Assembly (NCBI GenBank): GCA_965206645.1
Contig: CBDBKE010000003.1
Coordinates: 640,001-704,000 of the forward strand
Source of the DNA: Terriglobia bacterium
GTDB taxonomy: Bacteria; Acidobacteriota; Terriglobia; JAJPHL01; JAPKYU01
DNA: 64,000 nucleotides
Reading direction: 5' to 3'
Part shown: positions 1 through 9,536 of the stretch, in pieces
Layout of the letters: the number at the start of each line of letters is the position of its first letter
Numbering within the stretch: the first letter of the stretch is position 1
Translations under genes and position numbers: made by a program
The notes under the pieces: model-generated
What the model saw: only the letters and a program-made list of their open reading frames with translations
Told to the model about the DNA's origin: nothing
The model's database searches: none

Positions 1-261
1 GGGGTTCGCTATTTGAAGCACTTGCTGGGGCTTTTCGAGGGGAACTTGGCGCTTTCGCTGGCCGCTTACAACGCGGGAGAGAAGGCCGTGGCGCGCTATG
101 GTGGCATCCCACCCTACCCGGAGACCCGGCGATACGTTCGCAAGGTTTCATCGCTGTACGGCAGGGGCTACGGGCTCAGGTCCCGGTCCCAGCGCCCCGT
201 GATTATGAAATGGGTGGATGAGAGGGGCAGGGTGCACTTCAGCAACACCCAAGGATGGTGA
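1..261 (+). CDS. Lytic transglycosylase (SLT domain), C-terminal part; 5' end outside the window
   Basis: [28 protein letters not shown] is the SLT signature; ends in a [15 protein letters not shown]4124-like motif. Confidence 0.85.
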   Translation, partial: GVRYLKHLLGLFEGNLALSLAAYNAGEKAVARYGGIPPYPETRRYVRKVSSLYGRGYGLRSRSQRPVIMKWVDERGRVHFSNTQGW

Positions 262-2108
262 GGGACAGCGAGAAAGTGCCCGGCAACAGGTCAACGCGTC
301 TCCCGTGGATAGCAGCGGCCTTGCTGCTGTGCCTGCTTCCCGGTTCCGGCTTGGGCTCGACCGCCAAGAAGAAAGCGCAAGCCCGCGCCGAGTTCGGGAA
401 GGCCGAGCGACTGAGGGCGGAACTCGAAGCCAAGCCTGAGGCGCGGCGTCGCCCCGCCGAGTACTTGGGGTTGATCCGGCTCTACGATCGGGCGCTGCAC
501 CTGGGCCCCGCCATTGGAGAGGCCGACGATAGTGTGTTCGCCGCTGCCGAACTGTGGGCCGAGAAAGGGCGGCTGTTTAACGATCCGCAATCGCGGAAGC
601 GCGCCGCGGAAAAATATCGCTTCCTGATCCGGGAGTACCCTTACAGCAAGTACCTGAAAAAAGCCAGGCTGGCCTTGAAAAAGCTGGAGAAGTCGGCCTC
701 GGCAAAGAAGAGTTCCACCAAGCTGGCCCGTGTCACACAGATCCGCCATTGGGCCACCGCCAGCTACACCCGGGTGGTCATTGAACTGGATGGGCCGGTA
801 GAGTATCGGCGCGCCCGCATCGCTAACCCCGAGCGAATTTTCTTTGACCTGTATGGGGCCCGGCTCAGCTCGAAAGTGCGAAATCGAACCCTGGGCGGCG
901 ACGAGAGCCTGGTCCGGCGCATCCGGGTTGGCCAAAACCAGGCGGGTATCGCGCGCGTTGTGCTGGAAGTGGGTTCGGTGCGCGAGTGCTCCGCCTTCGT
1001 GTTGCCCAACCCCTTCCGCCTGGTGGTGGACATCAATGGCGGGCCGCCTCCTAAGCGGACCAAGTCCGCTTCAGCATCCAAGCCCTCCGCCGCTCCGTCC
1101 GGCAAAAGGCCCAAGGCGGTGTCGAGGGCGCCCAAGGCAGTGTCGAGGGTGCCCAAAGCAGTGTCGAAGACGAAGGAAGCGCGACGGGCCACTGCTTCCA
1201 CTGGCGGCCCTTCCGGCCGTCCGTCCGGGAAGCAAGCTGCCAATTCCGAGCCGCAGACCTCCAGCAAGAAGGCTGGGGCAGAAAAATCAACTAAGCAGGG
1301 TCCCGCGAAGAAAACCGAGGTAGCTGCCGCCACTCCGCCGCCCCCCCCGCGCCCTGCCCGGCCTACCAGCTCGGGCAAACGTTCTCTGACCCGCGCCTTG
1401 GGTCTGAAAGTCGGCCGCATTGTCATTGATCCCGGACACGGCGGCCACGACACAGGCACCATCGGCCCGACCGGGCTGATGGAAAAGGAAGTGGTGCTGG
1501 ACCTGGCACGGCGGCTCGGGACGCTGCTGGAAGAGCGGTTGGGCAGCGAGGTTGTCTACACCCGGGAGAAGGACACGTTTGTCCCGCTGGAGAAGCGCAC
1601 CGCCATCGCCAACCAGAAGCAGGCCGACCTGTTCGTCTCCCTTCACGCCAACTCCAGCCGCAACCGCGCCATTCGCGGCATTGAGACCTATTATTTGAAC
1701 TTCACCAGCTCCGCGAATGCCCTGGAAGTCGCGGCGCGGGAGAACGCCGTTTCGGAAAAGTCCATCCACGAGTTGCAGGACCTGGTGAAGAAGATCACCA
1801 TGAAAGAGAAGCTGGAGGAGTCTCGCGAGTTCGCGGCGCAGATGCAGCGGGCGCTGGTGAGGGGCATGGCGCGCCGCAACGGGCTGCGCAACCGCGGCGT
1901 GAAGAAAGCGCCGTTCATCGTGCTGATCGGCGCCCAGATGCCATCCGCCCTGGCGGAAATCTCCTTCCTCAGCAACCGCACCGACGAACGGCTGCTCCGC
2001 AAACCAGCATACCGGCAGAAGATGGCCGAGGCGCTGTACCGCGGTATCCAGCGCTACGCCAATTCCCTGGGCGGGGTGAAAGTCGCCCAGAGCCGGCCGG
2101 GCGAGTAA
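255..2108 (+). CDS. amiC: N-acetylmuramoyl-L-alanine amidase (signal peptide, TPR-like, AMIN, Amidase_3)
   Basis: [19 protein letters not shown] and LAEISFLSN motifs; AMIN-like RVVIELDG...NPERIFFD; K/P/A-rich linker. Confidence 0.9.
   Translation: MVRDSEKVPGNRSTRLPWIAAALLLCLLPGSGLGSTAKKKAQARAEFGKAERLRAELEAKPEARRRPAEYLGLIRLYDRALHLGPAIGEADDSVFAAAELWAEKGRLFNDPQSRKRAAEKYRFLIREYPYSKYLKKARLALKKLEKSASAKKSSTKLARVTQIRHWATASYTRVVIELDGPVEYRRARIANPERIFFDLYGARLSSKVRNRTLGGDESLVRRIRVGQNQAGIARVVLEVGSVRECSAFVLPNPFRLVVDINGGPPPKRTKSASASKPSAAPSGKRPKAVSRAPKAVSRVPKAVSKTKEARRATASTGGPSGRPSGKQAANSEPQTSSKKAGAEKSTKQGPAKKTEVAAATPPPPPRPARPTSSGKRSLTRALGLKVGRIVIDPGHGGHDTGTIGPTGLMEKEVVLDLARRLGTLLEERLGSEVVYTREKDTFVPLEKRTAIANQKQADLFVSLHANSSRNRAIRGIETYYLNFTSSANALEVAARENAVSEKSIHELQDLVKKITMKEKLEESREFAAQMQRALVRGMARRNGLRNRGVKKAPFIVLIGAQMPSALAEISFLSNRTDERLLRKPAYRQKMAEALYRGIQRYANSLGGVKVAQSRPGE
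1110..1168 (+). repeat. 21-bp coding tandem repeat, about 3 copies (PKAVSRA/V), in the amidase linker
   Basis: CCCAAGGCGGTGTCGAGGGCG / CCCAAGGCAGTGTCGAGGGTG / CCCAAAGCAGTGTCGA. Confidence 0.8.
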
Positions 2109-2184
2109 CCCAAACCGCAGATCGTATCTCTCCGGGTCCGTGAACGGTCAGCGATTCACGGTTGCCGCAACAGATCGCTTGTTG

Positions 2185-3618
2185 TCACCCCAACATCAGG
2201 TAGCAGACCGTCGTGATGACTGCCACGCCGGCCAGGTTAAGCACGAAGCCCTCGCGGATCATGGTGAGAATCGTCAAGCGGTCGGTGCCGAAGACGATGG
2301 CATTGGGCGGTGTGGCCACCGGCAACATGAAAGCGCAACTGGCGCTGACCGCCGCAGGGACCATGAGCAGGGCTGGGTCAAGCTGGGCCACCTTGCCTGC
2401 CTCGAATAGAACAGGCATGAGCAACACGGTGGTAGCAGTATTGGAGGTAATCTCAGTCAAGAACGTCACGCACAAGCAGATCACGCCGATCATGAGCCAG
2501 ACGGGGAGGGCTTGAAGGCCCTCCAGCGACTGTCCCATGACACCGGCCAGCCCCGACTCTTTGAACGCGGTGCCGATCACCAGGCCACCGCCAAACAGGA
2601 GCAGTATCCCCCAGGGGATGTTGACGGCAGTTTGCCAATCCAGCAGTCGTCCGCCCTTTCCGTCGGACACGATGAACATCACCACGACCATGAGCAAAGC
2701 GACGGTACTGTCGCCAACCAAAACCTCGTTTTGTCCGCCCCAGAACTGCTGCAGGAAACCGCCCCAGCCTCCGAAAGGCCCCCTTCTGGTGATCCACAAC
2801 AGGGCCGTGAGCACCAGGACGATCATCACTCGTGTCTCCGCCTTCGTGCGAAGTCCGCAGTCGGGTAATTCAATTCGGCGGGCTTTGCGCAGCTTGCGTG
2901 TCAGCCACAACCACGCCAGCGGCACGAACACCAGCACCACCGGCAGGCCGATCATCATCCATTGGGCAAAAGTCCACGGCTCACCCAGGCGTTGCCCCGT
3001 ATTGCGAACGTGATCCCCTAAGGCCTGATCGTAGTAGGCCATAAAGTAGGCGTTGGGCGGGGAGCCGATGGGAGTGCCAAGCCCGCCGATGCTTGCCGCA
3101 TAAGCGATGCCCAGTAACAGTGGCACGGCTAGTTCCTCGTCATCGGCTTGCTCGAGCACTGCCAGGGCGATCGGAAGCAGCATAAGCGTCGTGGCGGTGT
3201 TGGTAATCCACATGCTAAGAGCGGCCGAGGCGATCATGAAGCCCAGCACCAGCCAACGACCGCCCGCGCCGCCCACCATCCGGCACAAGCCCAGCGCTAC
3301 CCGCCGGTGCGCGCCGCTTTTCTCCATCGCCCGGGACAGCATGAACCCGCCCATAAACAGGAGGATAATGTAGTGGCCGTAGCTGGTAGCAACTTGCTTG
3401 TACGTCAACACACCTACCAGGGGAAACACCGCAAACGGGATGATCGAGGTGGCAGGGATGGGGATCGGTTCGAAGATCCACCAGATTGCGCAGAGGCAGG
3501 TAATGGCAGCCGTCCAGCAGACGGCGGGCTCCAGTTGCACTCCGATGCGCAGCGCCAGCCACAGAGCCGCCGCACCAGTCGGCCCGCCGATCAGGGCCAC
3601 TGTTTTCCGATCCGGCAC
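2185..3618 (-). CDS. SLC13/DASS family sodium:dicarboxylate or sulfate symporter
   Basis: SMWITNTATT, GGLGTPIGSPPN, TEITSNTAT and AFMLPVATPPNA motifs; start at GTG 3618 is inferred. Confidence 0.88.
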   Translation of the reverse strand: MPDRKTVALIGGPTGAAALWLALRIGVQLEPAVCWTAAITCLCAIWWIFEPIPIPATSIIPFAVFPLVGVLTYKQVATSYGHYIILLFMGGFMLSRAMEKSGAHRRVALGLCRMVGGAGGRWLVLGFMIASAALSMWITNTATTLMLLPIALAVLEQADDEELAVPLLLGIAYAASIGGLGTPIGSPPNAYFMAYYDQALGDHVRNTGQRLGEPWTFAQWMMIGLPVVLVFVPLAWLWLTRKLRKARRIELPDCGLRTKAETRVMIVLVLTALLWITRRGPFGGWGGFLQQFWGGQNEVLVGDSTVALLMVVVMFIVSDGKGGRLLDWQTAVNIPWGILLLFGGGLVIGTAFKESGLAGVMGQSLEGLQALPVWLMIGVICLCVTFLTEITSNTATTVLLMPVLFEAGKVAQLDPALLMVPAAVSASCAFMLPVATPPNAIVFGTDRLTILTMIREGFVLNLAGVAVITTVCYLMLG

Positions 3619-3758
3619 GAACGAGATGCTACAACGGAACAGATAGGACGCACAAATCCCCTTTGAGCAGAGAGCGAACTGAGGACTGCGCCGAATTGAT
3701 GGGCAAGAAGTATGGCAAAACCCGGCGGGGGCCATGGTACAACAGGCGCCGAGGCTCG

Positions 3759-5447
3759 ATGGAGCAGCAAGCCGCAGTTGGAAACGCGTCGGCCGTCATG
3801 ACCGCCCAATCCGCATTCCGCGCTCCACACCTGCGAGCGCTGCCCCCCCTTGCGTTTGCACTACTGCTGCTAGGGATCATTTTCCTGCTCCGCATTTTTT
3901 ACGCCGGTTATGTGTGGGCCGACGAGGGACTGTGGTTCACGGCGGCGCAGGAACTACTGCGGGGCAAGGCGCTCTATTCGGAAATTTGGTTTGATAAGCC
4001 GCCGGCAGTGGCTTGGCTCTATGCCGCGTTGTTTGCGCTGGCAGGCCCAAGCCTGCTGGCCGTGCGCCTGTTCACCATCTTCTATGCCACTCTGGTGGCG
4101 CTGGCCCTGTGGCACATGGGCCGTCGCTTTTGGGGCGACGAGGAAGGCCGATTGGCAGCCTTGCTCTACGCCTTGTACAACGCCACCTACCTTCATTCCC
4201 AGGTTCAGCCGTTGGCGGTGGATCACTTGCTATTGCTGCCCTACCTCTACGCGGGATTTTTCTTCCTGTACGGGCGAAGCTTCTGGAGTGGCCTGCTGGT
4301 GGCCGTCGCCTTCTGGCTGAATCCGAAGGCGCTGGTCCTTTGCTTGTTTTTCGTCGCCGTCGAATTGCTGCTTCCCAAGTTCCGCACTCTTGCTGGCGAC
4401 CAGGCTGGACCGCTGCGGCGGTGGGGGTTGTTGCTGGCCGGCTTTCTGGCCGGATGCGCGCCGTGGGTGGCCTACTTGCTGGTAGACGGCAAGTGGGCCG
4501 ACTACCTGCGGGAGTTCTGGGGTTGGGGATGGAGCTACGTCACCGTGTACTCGCCGGTGACTGGGGTGCTGACCGGCTTGCGCAAGACGCTGAACTACGC
4601 GGGTTTTCATTTCGCTCTGTTTCTGGGGCTGGCGCTTCTGCTGGCGTATTTCCCGCGGGGCAAGGCCACTCCGGAGCGCGAAGTTTCCCACGCTGTCTGG
4701 CTCTGGCTGGGGGCTTCCTTCCTGGGGGTGGCCATTGGCGGGCGATTTTTTCCGCGCTACTTTTACCAGGTGTTGCCGTTTCTTTGCCTGCTGGCCGCGC
4801 GCGGCTACAGGCTCGCGCGGCAGGCTGGCGAGTGGCTGCCGGAAAAGAAGAGCGTTCGGATCAACGCCGCCCTGCGCGTGCTGTTTTGGGCGGGCATCGT
4901 CTTCGCCCTGGTCTGGTTCCACAATCGGACCGCAGTGCGCGCCTATGAGCTTGTCACCGGCCGCTCTACGACCTACATGGCCACCTGGGATGATCCAGCA
5001 ATTGACCAAGACAGCCGCCGGATCGCTCGTCGCCTGCTATGGGAAGAGAAGCGAAGGGGAACCGCAGAAGGATCGGCGGCGCGGTCGCCGGCCAACCTGG
5101 GGCACGGGCCCTCGCTGTTTGTCTGGGGGTATCGGCCGGAAATCTACTTCTACTGCGGCTGCCCGCCTGCCTCAAAATTTCTCAGTTCGCAGCCGCTGAC
5201 CGGGGTGCCCGCCGACATTCACCTGGTCCAGTCGCGCAGCGTGGCACCCAAACGAGCGGCCGAGAATCGCCGCCTTCTCCTTCGCGAACTCCAAGCGTCT
5301 CGGCCTGACTACATCGTGGACGGCCTGGGCCTGTACAACACGGAGCTCGCGATGGAAATGTATCCCGAGCTGGGCGCCTTCCTCCATCGGCATTACCGCC
5401 CCCTTGCCCAGCTCGGCTGGGGCGCGATCTATTCCAGGAAAAGGTAG
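3759..5447 (+). CDS. GT-C fold membrane glycosyltransferase (ArnT/PMT-like)
   Basis: ADEG and LYSEIWFDKPP motifs; many TM segments; start is 3759 or 3798. Confidence 0.8.
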   Translation: MEQQAAVGNASAVMTAQSAFRAPHLRALPPLAFALLLLGIIFLLRIFYAGYVWADEGLWFTAAQELLRGKALYSEIWFDKPPAVAWLYAALFALAGPSLLAVRLFTIFYATLVALALWHMGRRFWGDEEGRLAALLYALYNATYLHSQVQPLAVDHLLLLPYLYAGFFFLYGRSFWSGLLVAVAFWLNPKALVLCLFFVAVELLLPKFRTLAGDQAGPLRRWGLLLAGFLAGCAPWVAYLLVDGKWADYLREFWGWGWSYVTVYSPVTGVLTGLRKTLNYAGFHFALFLGLALLLAYFPRGKATPEREVSHAVWLWLGASFLGVAIGGRFFPRYFYQVLPFLCLLAARGYRLARQAGEWLPEKKSVRINAALRVLFWAGIVFALVWFHNRTAVRAYELVTGRSTTYMATWDDPAIDQDSRRIARRLLWEEKRRGTAEGSAARSPANLGHGPSLFVWGYRPEIYFYCGCPPASKFLSSQPLTGVPADIHLVQSRSVAPKRAAENRRLLLRELQASRPDYIVDGLGLYNTELAMEMYPELGAFLHRHYRPLAQLGWGAIYSRKR

Positions 5448-5542
5448 TGGCCTAGGCGCGGCGCCAGCCGCGCGCCACTTGGAAGTCCTTGTCTCAGTCA
5501 ATGGTCAGGGCCGAACTTGGCCGGATGGTAGTAAGTCGCTTG

Positions 5543-6319
5543 CTACGACTCAGGGAGGTCGAGGCCGAACTGCTTCACGACTGCGGTAAGGGAGTCGCCG
5601 ATGTGCTCTCGAAGCACGACGTCAGCGATTCGATCCAGCGGCGTCTCCGTCCTGTTGAGGATCACCAGGCGGGCGCCACTCCGCTTGGCCTGCAAAGGCA
5701 GTGAGGCGGCCGGCTCCACCACTAGCGAGGAGCCGATGGCCAGCATCAGGTTAGTGCCCGCGCAAAGGTTGCAGGCCTCCGACAGCACGTCCTGGGGCAG
5801 CGTTTGCCCGAACGAGACGGTGGCCGATTTCAACGGACCCCCACAGCTGTCGCACAGGGGAATCTCTTCCCCGTTCTCCAGGCGCGCCTGGATTGCATCC
5901 GGGTCGTACCGGGCCTCGCACTGCAGGCAGACGACCGAGCGGCTTGTGCCATGCAGCTCCAGAACTCGCCGGCTGCCGGCATCCTGGTGCAGCCCGTCAA
6001 TGTTTTGCGTTATCACCGCTACCAGCTTGCCTGCTGCTTCCAGTCGGGCCAGGGCCCGGTGCCCCGCATTGGGCTTGGCGCGGCGCATTTCCCAGTAGCC
6101 TTCCTTTTTCATGCGCCAGTACTGGCGGCGGGCATCGGCGCGGGCCAGGAAATCCTGGAACATCACGGGCTGGTACTTGCTCCACACACCTCCGGGGCTG
6201 CGGAAATCTGACACGCCGCTTTCGGTGCTGATCCCCGCTCCGGTGAAGGCCACAACCCGGTGGGATTCCGACAGGTAGCGGGCAATCTGCTGGGTGGGGC
6301 GGTTGGAGTTGGACGACAC
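5543..6319 (-). CDS. cobB: NAD-dependent protein deacylase (Sir2 family)
   Basis: GAGISTESGVSDFR, TQNIDGLHQ, ELHG, two CxxC motifs, GSSL. Confidence 0.93.
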   Translation of the reverse strand: MSSNSNRPTQQIARYLSESHRVVAFTGAGISTESGVSDFRSPGGVWSKYQPVMFQDFLARADARRQYWRMKKEGYWEMRRAKPNAGHRALARLEAAGKLVAVITQNIDGLHQDAGSRRVLELHGTSRSVVCLQCEARYDPDAIQARLENGEEIPLCDSCGGPLKSATVSFGQTLPQDVLSEACNLCAGTNLMLAIGSSLVVEPAASLPLQAKRSGARLVILNRTETPLDRIADVVLREHIGDSLTAVVKQFGLDLPES

Positions 6320-6481
6320 TCAGTCCTCGACCGAGAGCTCGCAGACTTCCCGGCAACCCTCGCAGTAATAGCAGCCGTCGAAGCACAGCCGCACGTTTTC
6401 ATCCGACTTGCAGATGGTGCAGAACTTATCGCACTGGCACGATACTTCGTGCTTGTCACACATGGAGCAGACATAGGGCAT
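6320..6481 (-). CDS. 53-aa cysteine-rich protein (11 Cys), not in the ORF track
   Basis: Hand translation MPYVCSMCDKHEVSCQCDKFCTICKSDENVRLCFDGCYYCEGCREVCELSVED*; its TGA abuts the sirtuin GTG. Confidence 0.75.
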   Translation of the reverse strand: MPYVCSMCDKHEVSCQCDKFCTICKSDENVRLCFDGCYYCEGCREVCELSVED

Positions 6482-6596
6482 CGCCCGTATTTTACACCTG
6501 GTCCATTCGCTTCCGCCGCGCGTAGTTTGACGGTGCCCCCGGCGCTATACTAGGCTTGGTGCCCGTGAGAGCCGCTCCATCCTGCCGGAGGCCTTC

Positions 6597-7757
6597 TTGA
6601 GCGGTCCCCCGCATCGCACCGCGCTGCATGCCGTGCACAAGCGGATGGGCGCCCGGATGGTGCCCTTCGGAGGCTGGGAGATGCCGCTCCAGTACAGCGG
6701 CATCGTGGAAGAACACCTGGCGGTCCGCACGCGCGCCGGTCTGTTCGACGTCAGCCACATGGGCCAGATCGAAGTGCGGGGCCGCGACGCCCTGCGCCTG
6801 GTGCAACACGTCACTTCGAACGATGCGGCCCGCCTGGCTATCGGGCAGGCGCAGTACAGCGGCCTGATGTACCCGCAGGGCACGCTGGCGGACGACCTGC
6901 TGGTGCATAAGCTGGCCGATGACCACTTCCTGCTGGTGGTCAATGCAGCCAATCAGGAGCGCGACTTCAACTGGATTTGCGAGCAGAACCGCTTCCACGC
7001 CGAAGTGTGCAACACCGGCGCCCAGTATTCCCAGCTGGCCGTGCAGGGCCCGCAATCTACGTCCATCTTGCAGAGGCTGACCGACACCGACCTGGGCGCT
7101 CTCGGTTACTACTGGTTTGCGCGCGGCGCCGTGGACGGGGCAGAATGCCTCCTGGCGCGCACCGGCTACACTGGTGAAGACGGCTTTGAACTCTACTTCG
7201 CGCCGTCGGAATCCGAGCGCCTCTGGTACAGGCTGCTGGAAGTGGGGCGCGGGCACGGCCTGGTCCCCTGCGGACTGGGGGCGCGCAACACTCTGCGCCT
7301 GGAAGCCAAGATGGCTCTTTACGGGCATGAAATTGACGAAACCCACACACCGCTGGAAGCCGACCTCGGCTGGATCTGCAAGTTGGACAAGGGCGAGTTC
7401 CTGGGCCGGGAGACCCTGGTGCACCAGAAGCAGCACGGGGTGCGCCGCCGCCTGGTCGGCTTCCAAATGACCGAACGCGGGATCGCCCGAGACGGCTATC
7501 CGGTGTATGTGGAGGGTACCGAGGTCGGCTACGTCACCAGCGGCTCGCCCGCCCCTTTCCTGCGAACGAATATCGGGCTGGCCTACCTGCCGTCAGAGCT
7601 GGCGCAGGTGGGTGGGGAAATCCGGATCGGGGTCCGCAACCAGCGCGTCGCGGCGCGCATTGTCGAGACGCCCTTTTACAAGAGGAAGCGGCCAAACAAA
7701 CACGAGGCCAAGCCGGGGTCAAACAAACACGAGGCGAAGCCGGACGGCACCAAATAA
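6597..7757 (+). CDS. gcvT: Glycine cleavage T protein (aminomethyltransferase)
   Basis: FGGWEMPLQY, GLFDVSHMG, RTGYTGEDGFE, GLGARNTLRLEA. Confidence 0.96.
   Translation: MSGPPHRTALHAVHKRMGARMVPFGGWEMPLQYSGIVEEHLAVRTRAGLFDVSHMGQIEVRGRDALRLVQHVTSNDAARLAIGQAQYSGLMYPQGTLADDLLVHKLADDHFLLVVNAANQERDFNWICEQNRFHAEVCNTGAQYSQLAVQGPQSTSILQRLTDTDLGALGYYWFARGAVDGAECLLARTGYTGEDGFELYFAPSESERLWYRLLEVGRGHGLVPCGLGARNTLRLEAKMALYGHEIDETHTPLEADLGWICKLDKGEFLGRETLVHQKQHGVRRRLVGFQMTERGIARDGYPVYVEGTEVGYVTSGSPAPFLRTNIGLAYLPSELAQVGGEIRIGVRNQRVAARIVETPFYKRKRPNKHEAKPGSNKHEAKPDGTK
7693..7744 (+). repeat. 27-bp tandem duplication extending the GcvT C-terminus (NKHEAKP x2)
   Basis: CAAACAAACACGAGGCCAAGCCGG and CAAACAAACACGAGGCGAAGCCGG. 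Confidence 0.8.
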
Positions 7758-7758
7758 A

Positions 7759-8154
7759 ATGGCGGCCTATCCCCCCAATTGCCGCTACACGCGCGAGCAC
7801 GAGTGGATTCGAGTGGAAGGCGAGACCGGCACCGTCGGCATCACGGACCATGCCCAGAAGCAGTTGGGCGATATCGTGTACCTGGAGTTGCCTCGCGTCG
7901 GTGACCGCTTCCAGGCCGGTCAGCCCCTGGGCACGGTAGAGTCGGTCAAGGCGGTCTCGGAAATTTTTGCCCCGGTCAATTGCGAGGTCCTGGACGCCAA
8001 TGAAAAGCTGACCGGCAGCCCTGAGCTGCTCAACCAGGATCCGCACGGGGAGGCCTGGCTGGTCAAGGTCCGCCTGATGAACCCCGCTGAGCTGGCAGAT
8101 CTGCTCAGTGCCGAGCAGTACGAAGGCTATATCGCGGAGGAGGAAGAACAGTGA
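7759..8154 (+). CDS. gcvH: Glycine cleavage H protein
   Basis: VGITDHAQKQLGDIVY, lipoyl site VESVKAVSE; ATG at 7759. Confidence 0.96.
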   Translation: MAAYPPNCRYTREHEWIRVEGETGTVGITDHAQKQLGDIVYLELPRVGDRFQAGQPLGTVESVKAVSEIFAPVNCEVLDANEKLTGSPELLNQDPHGEAWLVKVRLMNPAELADLLSAEQYEGYIAEEEEQ

Positions 8155-8227
8155 AGAGCGGTGCCTGAAGAGTGAAGGAAGAGTGAAGGAATCAAAGCCC
8201 GTTCACTCTTCATCGGCACTCTTCACT
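8150..8227. repeat. Long imperfect inverted repeat built from GAAGAGT units, between gcvH and gcvPA
   Basis: AGTGAAGAG..GTGCCTGAAGAGTGAA pairs with TTCACTCTTCA..GGCACTCTTCACT. Confidence 0.75.
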
Positions 8228-8234
8228 CAAGAAC

Positions 8235-9536
8235 ATGCGCTATCTGCCCAAGTCGGAGTCGGAACGGCAGCAGATGCTGGAGTCGCTGGGACTCAGGCAC
8301 GTGGAGGAGCTGTTTGCCTCGATCCCCGACGAGGTCCGCTTACAGCGGGGGCTGAACATTCCCGATGGCATCTCTGAATTTGACCTCGTGCGGTATTTCC
8401 GCGAGTGGGCGCGGGAGAATGCGAGTGGTTATGTATCGTTCCTCGGCGCGGGGGTGTACCCGCATTTCCGGCCGGTGGTGGTGGATGCGCTGATCTCGCG
8501 CAGCGAATTTTACACCGCCTACACGCCCTACCAGGCGGAGATCTCCCAAGGCACGCTGCAATCCATCTTCGAGTTCCAGACCATGATCTGCCAGCTGACC
8601 GGGACCGAGGTGGCCAACGCCTCGATGTACGACGGCTCTAGCGCGCTGGCCGAGGCGGTACTGATGGCGGCGCGGATAACCCGGCGCTCGAGGGTGCTGG
8701 TGGCGCGCTCCGTCCACCCGGAATACCGGCAGGTGCTGGCCACCTACATACGCCATCAAGGGATTGAGGTGCGGGAGCTGGAATACGACCGCCGGGACGG
8801 CACGCTCGCACCGTTTTCGGTGCCGGAGGATCTGGCGGCGGTCGTCGTACAGTCCCCGAACTTCTTCGGTGTAGTGGAGGACGTGGAGCGGGCGGCGGAA
8901 ATCGCCCGCGCTTCCGGGGCGCTGCTAGTGGTGGCAATCGCAGAACCGGTCTCGCTGGGCGTGCTGCGGCCCCCGGCCGCTGCCGACATCGTCGCCATGG
9001 AGATTCAGGGCCTGGGTATTCCGGCCAGTTACGGCGGTCCCTACGCCGGGGTGATCGCCACGCGGGAGAAGTACGTGCGCAGCCTCCCCGGGCGCCTCGT
9101 CGGGCAGACCACCGACGTCGAGGGCCGCCCCGGCTTCTGCCTGACGCTGGCCACCCGCGAGCAGCATATTCGCCGCGAGAAGGCCACGTCCAACATCTGC
9201 ACCAACCAGGCGCTGTGCGCTCTGGCGGCTACCATCTTCATGACCGTCTACGGCAAGGAAGGCTTGCGGGAGCTGGCCCGCCACAACCTGGCCAAGGCGC
9301 ACTGCGCTGCCTCCGGCCTGAATCTACAGTTCTCCGGGCCTTTCTTTAACGAGTTCGTAGTGACCCTGAGGCCAGGCGAAGCCGACAGGAAGCTTCAGGC
9401 ACTGCGTGAGAAGAAGATTCTGGGCGGCCTGGACCTGAGGCCGTTCTACCCGGAACTGGGCGAGGCGCTGTTGCTGTGCGTGACCGAGGTCCACACCAGG
9501 GAGCAGCTTGACCAACTGGTCGAAGTGCTAGCATGA
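8235..9536 (+). CDS. gcvPA: Glycine dehydrogenase subunit 1
   Basis: YTAYTPYQAEISQG, REQHIRREKATSNICTNQ. Confidence 0.96.
   Translation: MRYLPKSESERQQMLESLGLRHVEELFASIPDEVRLQRGLNIPDGISEFDLVRYFREWARENASGYVSFLGAGVYPHFRPVVVDALISRSEFYTAYTPYQAEISQGTLQSIFEFQTMICQLTGTEVANASMYDGSSALAEAVLMAARITRRSRVLVARSVHPEYRQVLATYIRHQGIEVRELEYDRRDGTLAPFSVPEDLAAVVVQSPNFFGVVEDVERAAEIARASGALLVVAIAEPVSLGVLRPPAAADIVAMEIQGLGIPASYGGPYAGVIATREKYVRSLPGRLVGQTTDVEGRPGFCLTLATREQHIRREKATSNICTNQALCALAATIFMTVYGKEGLRELARHNLAKAHCAASGLNLQFSGPFFNEFVVTLRPGEADRKLQALREKKILGGLDLRPFYPELGEALLLCVTEVHTREQLDQLVEVLA

Noticed and set aside
6482-6596. Glycine riboswitch upstream of gcvT
   Set aside because: The intergenic space is only about 115 bp, is shared with a divergent promoter, and shows no recognisable aptamer.
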